A stretch of 20,000 nucleotides of DNA from Vicugna vicugna (taxonomy: Eukaryota): assembly GCA_013265495.1 (NCBI GenBank), contig MU058654.1, positions 549,405 to 569,404 of the forward strand, in the 5' to 3' direction. A program made the position numbers and the translations under genes. Numbering within the stretch: the stretch's first letter is position 1; every line of letters begins with the position of its first letter. Positions 10,313 to 20,000 of the stretch are shown in pieces. Below the pieces are notes generated by a model, which ran no database searches, was not told where the DNA came from, and worked only from the letters and a program-made list of their open reading frames with translations.

Positions 10313-10440
10313 GAAAAGAATATGAAAACGAATATATGTATATATTTGCATGACTGGGACATTGTTCCGTGCACCAGAAATTGACACATTGTAACTGAAT
10401 GTACTTCAATTAAAAAAAAATTAATAAATAAAAATAAAAT
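10313..10440 (+). mobile_element. Very short LINE-1 3' tip with A-rich tail
   Basis: 'gaaaagaatatgaaaacgaatatatgtat...tgactgggacattg...accagaaattgacacattgtaactg...cttcaatt' is homologous to 4163-4257. TSD aaataaaca at 10304-10312 and 10441-10449. Confidence 0.88.
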
Positions 10441-10599
10441 AAATAAACAAGCAAGCTCCAAGAGAGAGTCCACTGGGAGAACAAGGACTGAACAGATCAG
10501 GGGGTGGTCTGCAGACACAGGTGCTGCTGTGGGGTGTGCGCCCTGGCAGGAGGGTGACCACGCCACAAAGGTGCTCTACGAACCACTGAAGGGTGGGGA

Positions 10600-10662
10600 A
10601 CCTCCCTGTTTCAGAGATGAGAAAACTTAATCAGAGTAGGGTCATGTGCTTTGCCCATGGAG
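10600..10662 (-). mobile_element. MIR core fragment
   Basis: 'ccctgtttcagagatgagaaaact...cagag...gtgctttgccca' resembles the MIR core 'cccattttacagatgaggaaactgaggctcagagaggttaagtgacttgccca'. Confidence 0.55.
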
Positions 10663-10733
10663 AAGAAATGGCCCTGAAAGGCCCAGGTGAAGGGCATAAA
10701 TTAGGCTTGAACTTTTATTAAGCAGATATAATC

Positions 10734-11195
10734 TGGAGGAGATGCTGCTAGCTTCCCTGACAATGTCCACTCCCCCTGGTTACTGGACCTCAATATCTAG
10801 CTGGAAACAACGCTGTCCAGACAAAACACCCCTTTCTCCAGTCAGCCCGCCACTGGGTATGATGGATGACCAAGTCCTCATCAACATGATGAAAACAGAA
10901 GTGCAACTCCCAGGGAGTCTTCTCATAAGAAAGGCCCACACCCTCCTTTCTCCCGTCCCATCATCTTGCTGTCAGGGACCAAGATGTGATGGCTGGAGTC
11001 CTAGGAGCCATCTTGGGCCATGAGGATGAGGCCGTATGTAGCAAAGCTGGAAGCAGCCTGGGAGGCAGAACATGCCCAGGAATGCATACCTCAGCACATT
11101 TATATGAGAAAGAAACATTTGCCTTGTGTTTAAGCCCTTTTGATGTAAGAGTTTTGTTCCCCTAAGTGCCACCAAACTTAATGTGAATTGGTATG
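10734..11195 (+). mobile_element. MaLR solo LTR (MLT1J-like)
   Basis: Diagnostic 'gatgtgatggctggagtcctaggagccatcttgggccatgaggatg' and a 3' end 'atgagaaagaaacatttgccttgtgtttaagcc...aaacttaatgtgaattggtatg'. Confidence 0.75.
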
Positions 11196-11261
11196 TAAGC
11201 TTTGCCTCCCTACTGTTGAATCCTTTGGCGTATCGTCAGCTCTAGGATGTCCTCCATCTTG

Positions 11262-11395
11262 TCGGATCCTCATAACAACCTTGGGAGATATACAGGTAAA
11301 TTCCTGTCTTTTACCATGGTAAGGCCCTCAGCTGGCAGGAGGCCAGAGGTGTTAATCAGGACTGAGCTTCAGGCCTCAAGCCCAATTTCAGTCTC
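11262..11395 (-). mobile_element. MIR fragment
   Basis: 'atcctcataacaaccttgggagata...ttttac...aaggccctcagctgg...ggccagagg' in antisense MIR order; highly degraded. Confidence 0.45.
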
Positions 11396-11683
11396 TGCAT
11401 CCTCAAGCTGACTGTTCCGCAGCCCATGAGACAACCACTCAGGAGAGCCCCAGCCTCAGCAGCATCTGCATTCTCTAAGCCAGCGTCTTCCGCCTAACAT
11501 AGCGGAGAACCCTGTACAATGTTAAATGAAGCAACTGCCCCCCACCACACCCGCACACACAGGCCTTCGCTTAGTCACCATAGAAAGTCATGCTGTCTGC
11601 TTTCATTCAGTGTTAGAACAAGAAGGTACCAAGCGCAGCCTTTACAACTTGTTTTTCACAAACCCACAGTGGCCGGTTCCAGA

Positions 11684-11698
11684 CCCGCCGTGACGTCA
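11684..11698. promoter_or_regulatory. Full palindromic CRE (TGACGTCA) next to a GC-box-like cccgcc
   Basis: tgacgtca at 11691-11698 preceded by cccgcc; motif match only. Confidence 0.3.
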
Positions 11699-12254
11699 GG
11701 GAGATGGCCGGGATTGGCTGCCTGGACTGTTGAAACACAGTTCCTGCAGCAGCACCTGAGGTTAGATGTGGGGTGAGACTGCTGCCTGCGGGTGCAGGGC
11801 CAGGTCAGCCCAGTGACCACGCTGCCTAGACGGAACCAGAAACTCCTAGCATCCTGGGCTGCATCTTCTGGCCACCACACCGGACCTGGAGCTTCTGTGA
11901 GTATTTGCACTGCCGAGTGTAATGAAGCAATGAGAAGTTTGCAGATTGTTAAGTGAGACTAAATTCCAGGCAAATCTTTAATTAAAAAAAAATATTCTTC
12001 ACCCAAAGCAGATGAATACAGCACAAGGCAGCCTGATCAGGAACAAAAGCCAAACCAAGGAGGCGGAGCCTCAGGAAGACCCAGGAGCAACTCAGCGGTG
12101 AAAGCACTGTGGGTCATGGAGGACCACGTCTGAATGCGAGAGAGCCTCCTGGATGTGACTTTAAAAGCTGAGATGAATGAGCAGCATATGCAGGGGCCAG
12201 GAATCCATCCTCCTAATGGACTCCATATTGCTCCCTTCCTCATTAGCGTTCTTT

Positions 12255-12365
12255 ACCCAGTTTGTGGCCTCTGCATTTTAAGAGAGATGTCAAGACCTGG
12301 AGATGGTCCAGGGAAAAGCAATAAAAATGATTCAAGGGCAGGAGAGTAGGTCTGAGAAAAGGTAA
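12255..12365 (+). mobile_element. L3/CR1 LINE fossil, C-terminal part of ORF2
   Basis: With one frameshift it translates as SLWPLHFKRDVK / LEMVQGKAIKMIQGQE, matching the CR1/L3 motif 'QFWSPHFKRDIDKLERVQRRATKMIKGLE'. Confidence 0.7.
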
Positions 12366-13039
12366 GTGGAAAATTAGAGGCTGGAGAAGACAAGCCCACG
12401 AGGGACTCCAACCATGGCCTTTGTCTGAACAAAAGGTCAGAAGCATCTGAGTCGGAAACTCACTCTACAGCCTGGCAGCATCCTGTGGAACCCAATAGCT
12501 AGTTATTTTGAAATAATCTCTTTTAAAGCTTTCAAAAAAAAATTTTTTTTCATTTTCATCCAGTTGGTGTTGTGTTAACCCAGCCTGAGTCTAAATCAAG
12601 CACAGATATTTGCCTCCTGAAAGTTATCTCCACCATGTGTTGGTCTCTGGTTTGGGGTTTCACCCATTGAAATGAACACCGGGACTTGTTGAGTCAAAAA
12701 TGTTAAATAAAAAGAGAATGAAAGAGACGCAAGAATTCTCAGACTGGTCAGAGAACAGGTTTCAGAGGGAGCACAAGAGAAGCGTGGAGGGAAAAGAAAA
12801 GTGAAGAGGTCAAATGTTCTGTGGGTCAACTCTGGTCGACCAGTTGTCTTAGGTGGGCACAGCCACTAGGGACAAGTCAGCCATGGTGCCTGTCCTTGAG
12901 GTGCTGAGTGAGCTCAGCCACGTGGTGTGAGAAGTATCCAGATGGGGTCAGAGGCAGGTGCTACAGGCTCACAGGTGACGAGCACCCACCTCCCTCCGGG
13001 CAAGGATTCTCTCGTCTAATCAGAGAGGTATTTGCCTCC

Positions 13040-13115
13040 CGACCCTGAGTCCTTTGAAGTGAAGTTTCTTGCCCAAGGTTGCAAAGTCAGTGAGCAGAGA
13101 GTGAAATGCCAGCTT
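13040..13115 (-). mobile_element. MIR fragment
   Basis: 'gaagtgaagtttcttgcccaaggttgcaaagtcagtgagcagagag' resembles the MIR core 'gaggttaagtgacttgcccaaggtcacacagctagtaagtggcagag'. Confidence 0.55.
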
Positions 13116-13414
13116 CAGGGCCATGTGCCATAGCAACACAGCCAGGATGAATTTGAGGACACAGCCCTAGATTTATCCCGTTTTATCCATTTAAGGGACC
13201 ATCTCCTCTTAGCTACCTACAGAGAAACTAACAGTAATCAACCAACAAGGGTTTACTGGGGACCCACTGCATGGGAGGACCTGCAGATACCTGAGGAGAA
13301 ACCAAGACCTCTGACCCCAAGTGAGTATGATCCTCTTGAGGAGAATCAGACACGGATAGTTGTGGACATTCAGGTTCTGAGACATCACAGAGTCCACACT
13401 GGCCCACCTCGCAC

Positions 13415-13500
13415 CTCCACCCAGTTTTGTAGGGTGTGGTCCCAGGGAGGTGAAATGACTTAGCCTATGGGGTCTTTTGACTCCAAGTCCAGGGCTCTCT
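13415..13500 (-). mobile_element. MIR fragment
   Basis: 'cccagttttgtag...cccagggaggtgaaatgacttagcc...tgactccaagtccagggctct'. Confidence 0.55.
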
Positions 13501-14038
13501 GCAGAGGCCAGCGGATCAGGCTACAAATGGTAGGAATCCAGTAAGGATGCCACGCCAGTCCTGATGGTCTGTGACATCAGACAGGGGAAGGCTGCTTCTA
13601 CCCAGGGGAGCAGGGTGGCCCTGGGGAGAATTAAATCTAGAAGCAAAAAGAAAAATGATTACAATGATCTGGGGCAAGGAGGTAGGACAATCTCATCCAT
13701 GAAGATGGCTTTTTCCTGCCCCACACATATGAGAGTAAATCATGACAGCATCAAGTAATGAGCCATGATGGAATCTGCTCTGAAGCTGATAAAACCCCTC
13801 CACACACGTGCACACACAGCTGCAATCTCTCAGGCTTTCTGCTGCTGCTAAGAGATGATAAGAACTCAATAATGCAATATCCACTATTAAAGAATGTAAT
13901 TAATGTGCTAATATCTACACAAGGAATAATGCAATATTCATTTTGGAAATGGAATCAGGAAGTTTGGAAGCAGGAGAAAAGGAGGGGAGACCCTCTTAAA
14001 ATAAATACCACCCATTCTTAGAGTGTCCCGTGAGTGCC

Positions 14039-14305
14039 TGTGCCGCAGACCCTGGTGTTGCCTACCCGACAGCCATTCCGCCTTCACCTTGCTTCTTGCC
14101 ACCTGAACCCTGGCTTTGTAGCAAGGCTATGTGCTCCGCTAAGGTCATGAGTCATGAGAATCCCACCTAGGATGGCAACACCATTTCCCTTGTTCAGACG
14201 ACCAGGCTCTCAGTCATCATTGCTGTTAGGGAAGCCCACATGATCCAGTTCTTACCAACAAGATTTATGGGAAAATCCTCCAGTTGGGAGGGAAGCTTCA
14301 GAGGC
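14039..14305 (+). mobile_element. MaLR LTR 5' half (MLT1J/K-like)
   Basis: 'tgtgccgcagaccctggtgttgcctacccgacagccattcc...gaaccctggctttgt...cacatgatccagttcttaccaacaagat' follows the MLT1J 5' consensus and stops where the ERV-L segment begins. Confidence 0.65.
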
Positions 14306-16375
14306 ACCAGCCAAGACTTGCCCACAGGTTGGATGTCCCTCACTGCCGTCTTGCGGGGCCAGCTCTGAGTGCAGCATAGTACGGCGGCAGCCCATTTTCA
14401 CCTGGCACTTGCATAGCAAGCCCGCCCATATGAGAATGGAACCCAGCGTTCTGTCTCTTCTGGTGGCTTGTCCTGAGGGGGCCCCACGCAGCCACAGGCG
14501 TGAGCTCATGAGGTGCAGTGGTGTGGCCATGCTGGTGCAGCTTACTTGTGCGCAGTCCCAGAGGTACCACTTCTGCCTTATGACTCGGTGAGTCAGACAG
14601 AACCCAGCTCCTTGTGGGAAGTTCTGGGCACGTGGTGACTTGATGTCCAATGACATTTGCTCCATCTCTTCTAGGGCCAGTTGCATGGCAGCATCTGTGA
14701 TTCAAATGGTTGCTAATTCGTGGTGTGGATGCCATGGCCTTGCCCTATAACGTAGAGCCCTACGTATCTGTGTTATGGTTCCCCCTTACCCTAAGGGCTG
14801 TGCAGTGGCTTGAACCACAGCCTCAACCCACTACAGCCCTTTCCTGCTCTGGGCTCCGCTCAAAGCTCACAGCCTTCCTAGTCACTCAGTAAATGGGTTA
14901 GAGCAGTGTTTCCAAGTGTAAGATGTGCTGCCTCCCGCATCCAGGCGCCGTGTGGTGGGAAGTGCAAGATGCAGTCACCTGTCCTGTGCTTTGGAGGAGC
15001 CACCGCAACATGCCTACGACCACTAGGCCCCGACCAGCTTGACTGATGCGGCAGCCTCCTGAATGTGTGTAGGCTCGCCCTTAACTCTCCGGACTTCATG
15101 TGTCTCACCAAGGCCTTCTGTGCATCTCCGTGCTCACCAGCCCCAATGCACACAATGGCACTGGTACTGGGGACCAAGATGATGCTCTTTGGTATGTCTA
15201 CATGGGTCAGATCCTTTCTCAACGTATTATGACAAGGAGTGGGAGAGCAAACAGAGCTCTAAAGCAAGAGTGTCATTCTGGGGTCTTCTGGCCCTCCTTC
15301 CTGAAAGGAATGGAAAAGAATCCATTCACCAGTCCAGTGGCATCATACCACAGGCTTGAGACAGTGTTTATCAGCTTTAGCCAAGATGTCACATCTGACA
15401 CAGGCACTGGGGCTGTGATTTGACTGAGTTTGTGAGACCCCACAGAACTGTAAGAACCAGAGCGGTGAATCACATGGGTTGAAGGTAGGAGACCGTCACC
15501 CCCAGAGAGCTCTCATTTCTGCCATTCCACCTGCTTGACTGTGTTGGCAGGAGGAGGGTGTTTCAAAGGCTTCCATTTGCCTCCCGCAGGGTGAGTCTTA
15601 CCACAGACCAAGAACCAGTGTGGGGGCTCCTCCCACCACTAAGTATGCCCAGCCCAGTGACCTATTCAGGGACTGGGGAAATAAACACCTGGCGGGGTGG
15701 GGGTCCAGTGAACCCACTGTCAGCCTGATCTGGTGGACCCCCAGAGCCAGATATAACTGGCCCCCCAGATTCAGACCTTGAGTGCAACAGCCCTTGGGAT
15801 GTCCAGGCGTTTCCCCTTCATCAGTGTCCGGGTCCTGAGTAAGCAGCTGTAGGTCCCTTTGGGGCACTCTGGAAAGAATCACCTCCTGCACCTGGGGAGC
15901 TGTCACAGGGTCTTTCATGCTGGGGACGCTGCTTTTCCTGTAGCCACTCACACTCCCGTCATATAACCAGCTCCAGTCTGGAAACTGAGCAAGACATCTG
16001 AGCTTCTGCTGGGGCAGCTGTCCTCAGCCTTCTGATCATCCATTTATTGTTTCTTTTCCTTGTGCTGATTGAGCAAGGCCTTTGTAAGCTGTCCCTCTGT
16101 CCTGCCTTAGGGGACATAGGACCCCCCTATCCTATTAACCACCTCCTTAGCCCCCTGCACGTTCAGCCCTGCCTGACTGCAGCTCTGATCTTGCTGGACT
16201 TTAGAAGAGCTGGGGGCACCTTGTTCTGATGGTAAAGTACCACACTGGCCCATTGCTGCCAGGAAGCCTATTTCTAGAACAGCATCCACTATGCACAACA
16301 GCTACTATTGAGCTTCTCAGTGATGCTGCTGCCCTCTCCCCAGGGCACTCCTCCCAGAATCCAATACAGCATCTC
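14305..16375 (-). mobile_element. Decayed class III (ERV-L type) internal region: gag C-terminus, protease, RT, tether/RNase H
   Basis: Collinear minus-strand peptide remnants. Gag: RAAASLRSSIVAV and IVDAVLEIGFLAAMG. Protease: PQRDL, QGLLHSRSE (DTG lost), QIRLTVG. RT: HKLSQITAP..SDVTSWLKLINTVSSLWYDATGLVNGFFSIP, SPTPCHNTLRKDL, IILVPSTSAIVCIG (YIDD replaced by STSA). Tether/RNase H: IGHQVTTCPELPTRSWVLSDSPSHK, KWY, TSKLH, QDGSEG. All resemble ERV-L Gag/Pol; many stops and frameshifts. Confidence 0.9.
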
Positions 16376-18054
16376 AGTCTGAAGAATTCGACGAAGCTTA
16401 GAAAAATCCATATCGCAAGTAGAGAGAGAGATCAGAGCTACAGGAGGTGAGGAAAGAGGAACAAAATAAAATCACATGTAGCACACAAAATACATCCCCA
16501 AGGTGCTACACATCTATTAAACACGAGCCACAAGCTTGCTGTAAGCTTCCCCAGGGACCAGTAATAAGAGGAAAGGTGATCATCTCCAAGATTCACAGAT
16601 TCCTTGAGATAAAAGCATCCTATACGATCAAGGGCATGACTGTTTTTCTTGGGAGTGAAACCTCAAACGTGTTTCTCCTTGGGGTCCTGATAGAGCGTGG
16701 GCCTCTGAAGTGGGCGAGGCCGCCAGCATCATCTCGATGGTCAGTATCATAGCCCAGATTTCACCACAACTTCTCAGCACCCACCTCGAAGCTTATCTCA
16801 GGCACCAAAGAGCAGCAGGACGAGCAAACTGAAAGTCTGTGCCTTTCTTTAAACAGCTCAACTCTACGGGAAACTCTTCCCAGGCAATTTCGTTTCAAGT
16901 TCCACCTTCTCCGAGAGAAATGTATGAAAACATTCTCAGAGCACCTGTCTATCCGTTGGTAAATTTTTTTAAAAAGTAGGTACAATAATTGCAATAATCT
17001 GTTGCACTTTTAAAACATTTGTTCAGCAAACAGTCTTTTTAAAAAAGCAAATCGTTTTCATTCGGTTGAAAGGCTGGTAATAAATTAAGCTTTTCATGCT
17101 CATGAAAGTGATGTTTCTTGTTTTATTTCCAAATCTTCCCCTGTCGGCATTCAGAGAGACATATTCATGGAAAAAGCAAAACAGATGATCTGGCTGCACT
17201 GCTGAGGAGGACCACATCTGTCACCAAGTACCGCAAGCCACTCACCAGGATAAATCTTCCTGTCCCAGAAATATTAGCTTGCAGGGCTTCTGGGCCTCCT
17301 CACCGTGATGGCCTGTGTTTCCAGCCTCCTTCCCCAGCAGGGACACTCACCATAGTCCCAGCCGCCCCACTGCCTACCCCTCACCCTAGCATCTGGGGAC
17401 CCCTGCTCCCCTTTTCCAGGGAGACTCAGCCCCACTTCCTCTTCCCTCACGTCACCAACACACCTGCAGTCCTTTCCAATTTGGGGAGGTCAAACATCCT
17501 TCTCCCAATATTTGGCTGCATTCCAAGTTTCTTTTTTTTCCCCTTTGAAGGATGCTGACCTCTCCGATGAGTCAGAGCATCAGTGGTGAAATTTGCACCA
17601 TTTTCCAGTCATCTGCCTTTCAGCCTTGCAGTGGATCCCCAGAAACAGCACTGGAGAGAGAAGCGAGTTCCCCGTACTCTCGCTGGGAGGCAAGAGAAAG
17701 GCTTTCTTGAGCCACTGAAGCCGACAAAAAGGCTACCCCCAGGCAGAAGTCTTATGTCGGCCACAAGTTACAAACAAGAAAGGGGCAGAAACTGATGGTG
17801 AATGAGCCCAACCTCAGGCTTTGTTGTGGGAAGGAGTGGTGTGGGGAAGGGCGGGGGGCTGGAATTTAGACAAAAATCAAATGCACAGCATCCCTCCCCT
17901 TTATCTTTGTGGGCTTCACTTCTCTCACCTATACACCAGAAATTGCACATATAAAGCCTACCCTCCCGATTTGTTGCAGAGACAAAAGGACAGATCATCT
18001 TCGTGATTGGGGTTCCTACCTTAGGGACCACAAGACCAAGTGCAGGAGGTGGAT

Positions 18055-18261
18055 TTGGAGATTCCTGCCTTTTCCCATGTTTCTTTGTCAGCCTCCAGGC
18101 CACTTGTCACCCCCAAATGTGTGATTTCCCATCAACCTGCAGGTTCCTGCTTCTCTTTTCCTGCCCAAGGACCCCTGTCGTTCACAAGATGTATGGTTTC
18201 CTGCCATTTGGCCTGTGCCCCACTTTCCCTGCTCATATTTAGCCATCTGCCTGCTCTAATG
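18055..18261 (-). mobile_element. Truncated third copy (U3 5' part) of the ERV1-like LTR family seen at 645-2174
   Basis: 'tggagattcctgccttttccca...cagcctccagg...aggttcct...ctgcccaaggacccc...ccatttggcctgtg...ctgcctgctctaa' aligns to 1039-1280. Confidence 0.88.
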
Positions 18262-18278
18262 TTAAATCTGAAACTGAA

Positions 18279-18975
18279 GGCACCAATCTGGGTCCAATCA
18301 GGAGACAGAAAGATGAAGAGAGATGGCAAGTTGGTGAAGAGAGTCAACTGTCCCAAAACAGGATGAGAAATTCAAGGTAAAGAATTGTTCTGCTGTGAGA
18401 GTCACTGAAAATATGTAACAAGCACTCTCAGGGTGCCCAAAGGGAACGCGGCGGGGGGTGCAGACCTCACTGGGGAAGGTGTGTTTGCAGACGACTAGAT
18501 GGCGGAGAGGTTCACCTGGATGCCTGGGCGCAGCTGGTCCACGGGCAACAGGCAAGTGGGAAGCAGCCTTCCAGCGTGCAGGCTGACGGTGGGCACAGAG
18601 GGGTCACGGTGCTGGAATCAACTCACAGGTGAGGTGCTGCCAGGCCCAGGTGTGTGTCTGCACTGGGACAGCCCAGGAAGGTGGCCAACACGCTGGCGTG
18701 TGCGCAGTCTGGGTGTAGGGCTGGGGCAGAGAACCAGCAGATGTCCCCCAACAGCCACATGTCTGACTGATCATGCAGTGGGAGTCAGATAAAAAGCAAA
18801 ATTACAGCAACTGGAACCAGGAAGTGAAGTGCCCTCCTCCTGCAGTGACCCCCCTGTGCCCTGTACTGACGAAGCCTAACCTTGTGGTCGTGCATAAAGG
18901 AGAAAAGCCCTTGAGGCCAATGAGGCCTCAAGTGTGAATTCAGAGTCAAGAAGAAATATGTTGCTAATCAGCACA
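18279..18975 (-). mobile_element. ERVL-class LTR (LTR41/LTR33-like), ~700 bp
   Basis: Left end 'accaatctgggtccaatcaggagacagaaa' and right end 'ccctcctcctgcagtg...gccctgtactgacgaagcctaac...aaaggagaaa...gtgaattcagagtcaaga...gctaatcagcaca' match my recollection of the reverse-complement LTR41 termini. Confidence 0.65.
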
Positions 18976-19249
18976 GTCAAGAAAACACTGGGGGAAATCC
19001 TTGCCGGGGCACGGTGAGAGCTAACAACCCTAAGATGGTGAATTTTCCATCATTAAGAACCACACAACACAAATGTGTCATATCAGGAGAATAGGAGCTC
19101 CCTCCTCAAGGCAGGTGCTGGTTTAAAAATGGGTCTTTCAGAAGCCATGGTAAGTTTAGGAGATTCTGCTCTGTGCTCAGAATTGTAAAGAAAATATTCA
19201 GAAAACAGAATTTTTTTTCTCTCAGGGAGAGTATATTATCTCTACTACA

Positions 19250-19320
19250 TTCCTTCTCTCCCTCTCCCTGTCTCTCTCAGTCTCTGTGTATATGTGTGTG
19301 TGTGTCTCATACACACATAT
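19250..19320. repeat. Compound (CT)n/(TG)n/(CA)n simple repeat
   Basis: Directly visible degenerate dinucleotide runs. Confidence 0.75.
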
Positions 19321-19469
19321 CATAGGTAGGCCAGGAAAAGAGACCTGGGCTTAGAATTAGGAAATTTGTTACCCTCTCAGGGGAACCAGCAGCAAAGCCA
19401 GGAGACTCTGAGTCACATTGTTCTTTCATATGAAATGTCAGCCAGGCTGAAAACACCCAGAGGTCAAAC

Positions 19470-19940
19470 ATACACGTTAGGCAACTTTTGGTTTCAAGTA
19501 ATGGAATACTTGACTAAGAATGGCTTAAAAACCAGAAGTCTGAAGGCAAGCTCACTCAGGACTGATTCTGTGACTCAGCATTGTCAGAGTGCTGGGCCAA
19601 CAACTCTGGTATTTTCTTGCCTTTCTCCTCATGGTCACAAAATGGCTGCAGGAACTCAAAGAATCAAATCCTCATGTACTATTGCTTAAAACAGACAGGA
19701 CAGGAGCCAAGCATGCCTTCTCTTTTGTGCTGCTCTCTTCCTGTATAAGGGAGGATTTTACCCAGAAAATCCCACATCCCATGACATCTAATTATCTGGG
19801 CCTGGGAGCTCACATACTCACCTTCAGTCCAATCACTGACCAAGGCACTGGCATTGTCATCACTAATCATGATTTCTGCCCAGGACAGGAACACACTGAC
19901 TCCAGACAAAAACGAAGATCTAGTAAGAAGAAGAAAGAGA
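19470..19940 (-). mobile_element. MaLR LTR (MLT1K-like)
   Basis: 'gttaggcaacttttggtttcaagtaatggaatacttgactaagaatggcttaaa', 'cctcatggtcacaaaatggctgc', 'ccaatcactgaccaagg' and 'acaaaaacgaagatctagtaagaagaag' are typical antisense MLT1K motifs. Confidence 0.75.
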
Positions 19941-19944
19941 ACAT

Positions 19945-20000
19945 GGAAAGAAGCGAGATGGCAGAGTAGAAGGACGCTTGTAGCTCACCCTCTCCCACAA
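19945..20000 (+). mobile_element. 5' end (5'UTR start) of a LINE-1 running out of the window
   Basis: 'gagatggcagagtagaaggacgcttgtagctcaccctctcccacaa' resembles artiodactyl L1 5' termini ('aagatggcggagtagaaggacg...ctcaccctctcccac') and includes a YY1-like AGATGGC. It follows an A/G-rich stretch and interrupts the MLT1 LTR end. Confidence 0.7.

Noticed and set aside
12060..12200. Possible antisense L2 fragment
   Set aside because: Only a short resemblance ('gcctcctggatgtgactttaaaagctgagatgaatg'); too weak to call without an HMM search.
10734..14305. Full MaLR provirus between the two same-strand MLT1J-like LTRs
   Set aside because: The intervening DNA holds MIR and L3 fossils and unique sequence rather than MLT-int, so the LTRs are independent.
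14144..14595. AP-1 (TGAGTCA) motifs here and at several other positions
   Set aside because: A 7-mer is expected a few times in 20 kb, and most copies lie inside decayed repeats without clustering.
14340..15951. Domesticated or functional reverse transcriptase/protease
   Set aside because: Catalytic YIDD and DTG motifs are lost and the frame is broken repeatedly.
14305..18975. LTR41-like element as the 5' LTR of the ERV-L gag-pol segment
   Set aside because: Strand and order fit, but the ~1.9 kb between them shows no leader or gag similarity that I can see and looks like unique host DNA. Unsupported without alignment.
134..19969. ORF track entries as protein-coding genes (e.g. 2449-2895, 8371-8781, 17118-17558)
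   Set aside because: All are short, overlap in several frames, often start at non-ATG codons and show no recognisable host protein domains or consistent exon structure. The only protein-like ones are transposon remnants.

Overview
Eukaryotic, non-coding mammalian DNA (intergenic or deep intronic), most likely camelid: it carries a tRNA-derived SINE resembling camelid Vic-1 and artiodactyl-type L1 ends. I found no intact protein-coding gene, RNA gene or CRISPR array, and the listed ORFs are chance ORFs or pieces of transposon fossils. The window is a layered transposon record. It contains a hAT (Zaphod/Tip100-like) transposase 3' end, two related ERV1-type solo LTRs head-to-head forming a ~1.5 kb inverted repeat (plus a third truncated copy), a 5'-inverted (twin-primed) L1 with a duplicated junction, and further L1 3' ends. 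It also has MIR/L2/L3(CR1) fossils, three MaLR (MLT1-like) LTRs, a decayed ERV-L gag-pro-RT-RNaseH segment, an LTR41/LTR33-like LTR, and the first ~55 bp of a 5'-intact L1 at the right edge. Several repeat-free stretches look like possible enhancers or CTCF sites. Family names come from my recall of consensus sequences, not from a search. I see no convincing previously undescribed biological system; the most notable items are the inverted LTR pair, the twin-primed L1 junction and the L1 5' end.
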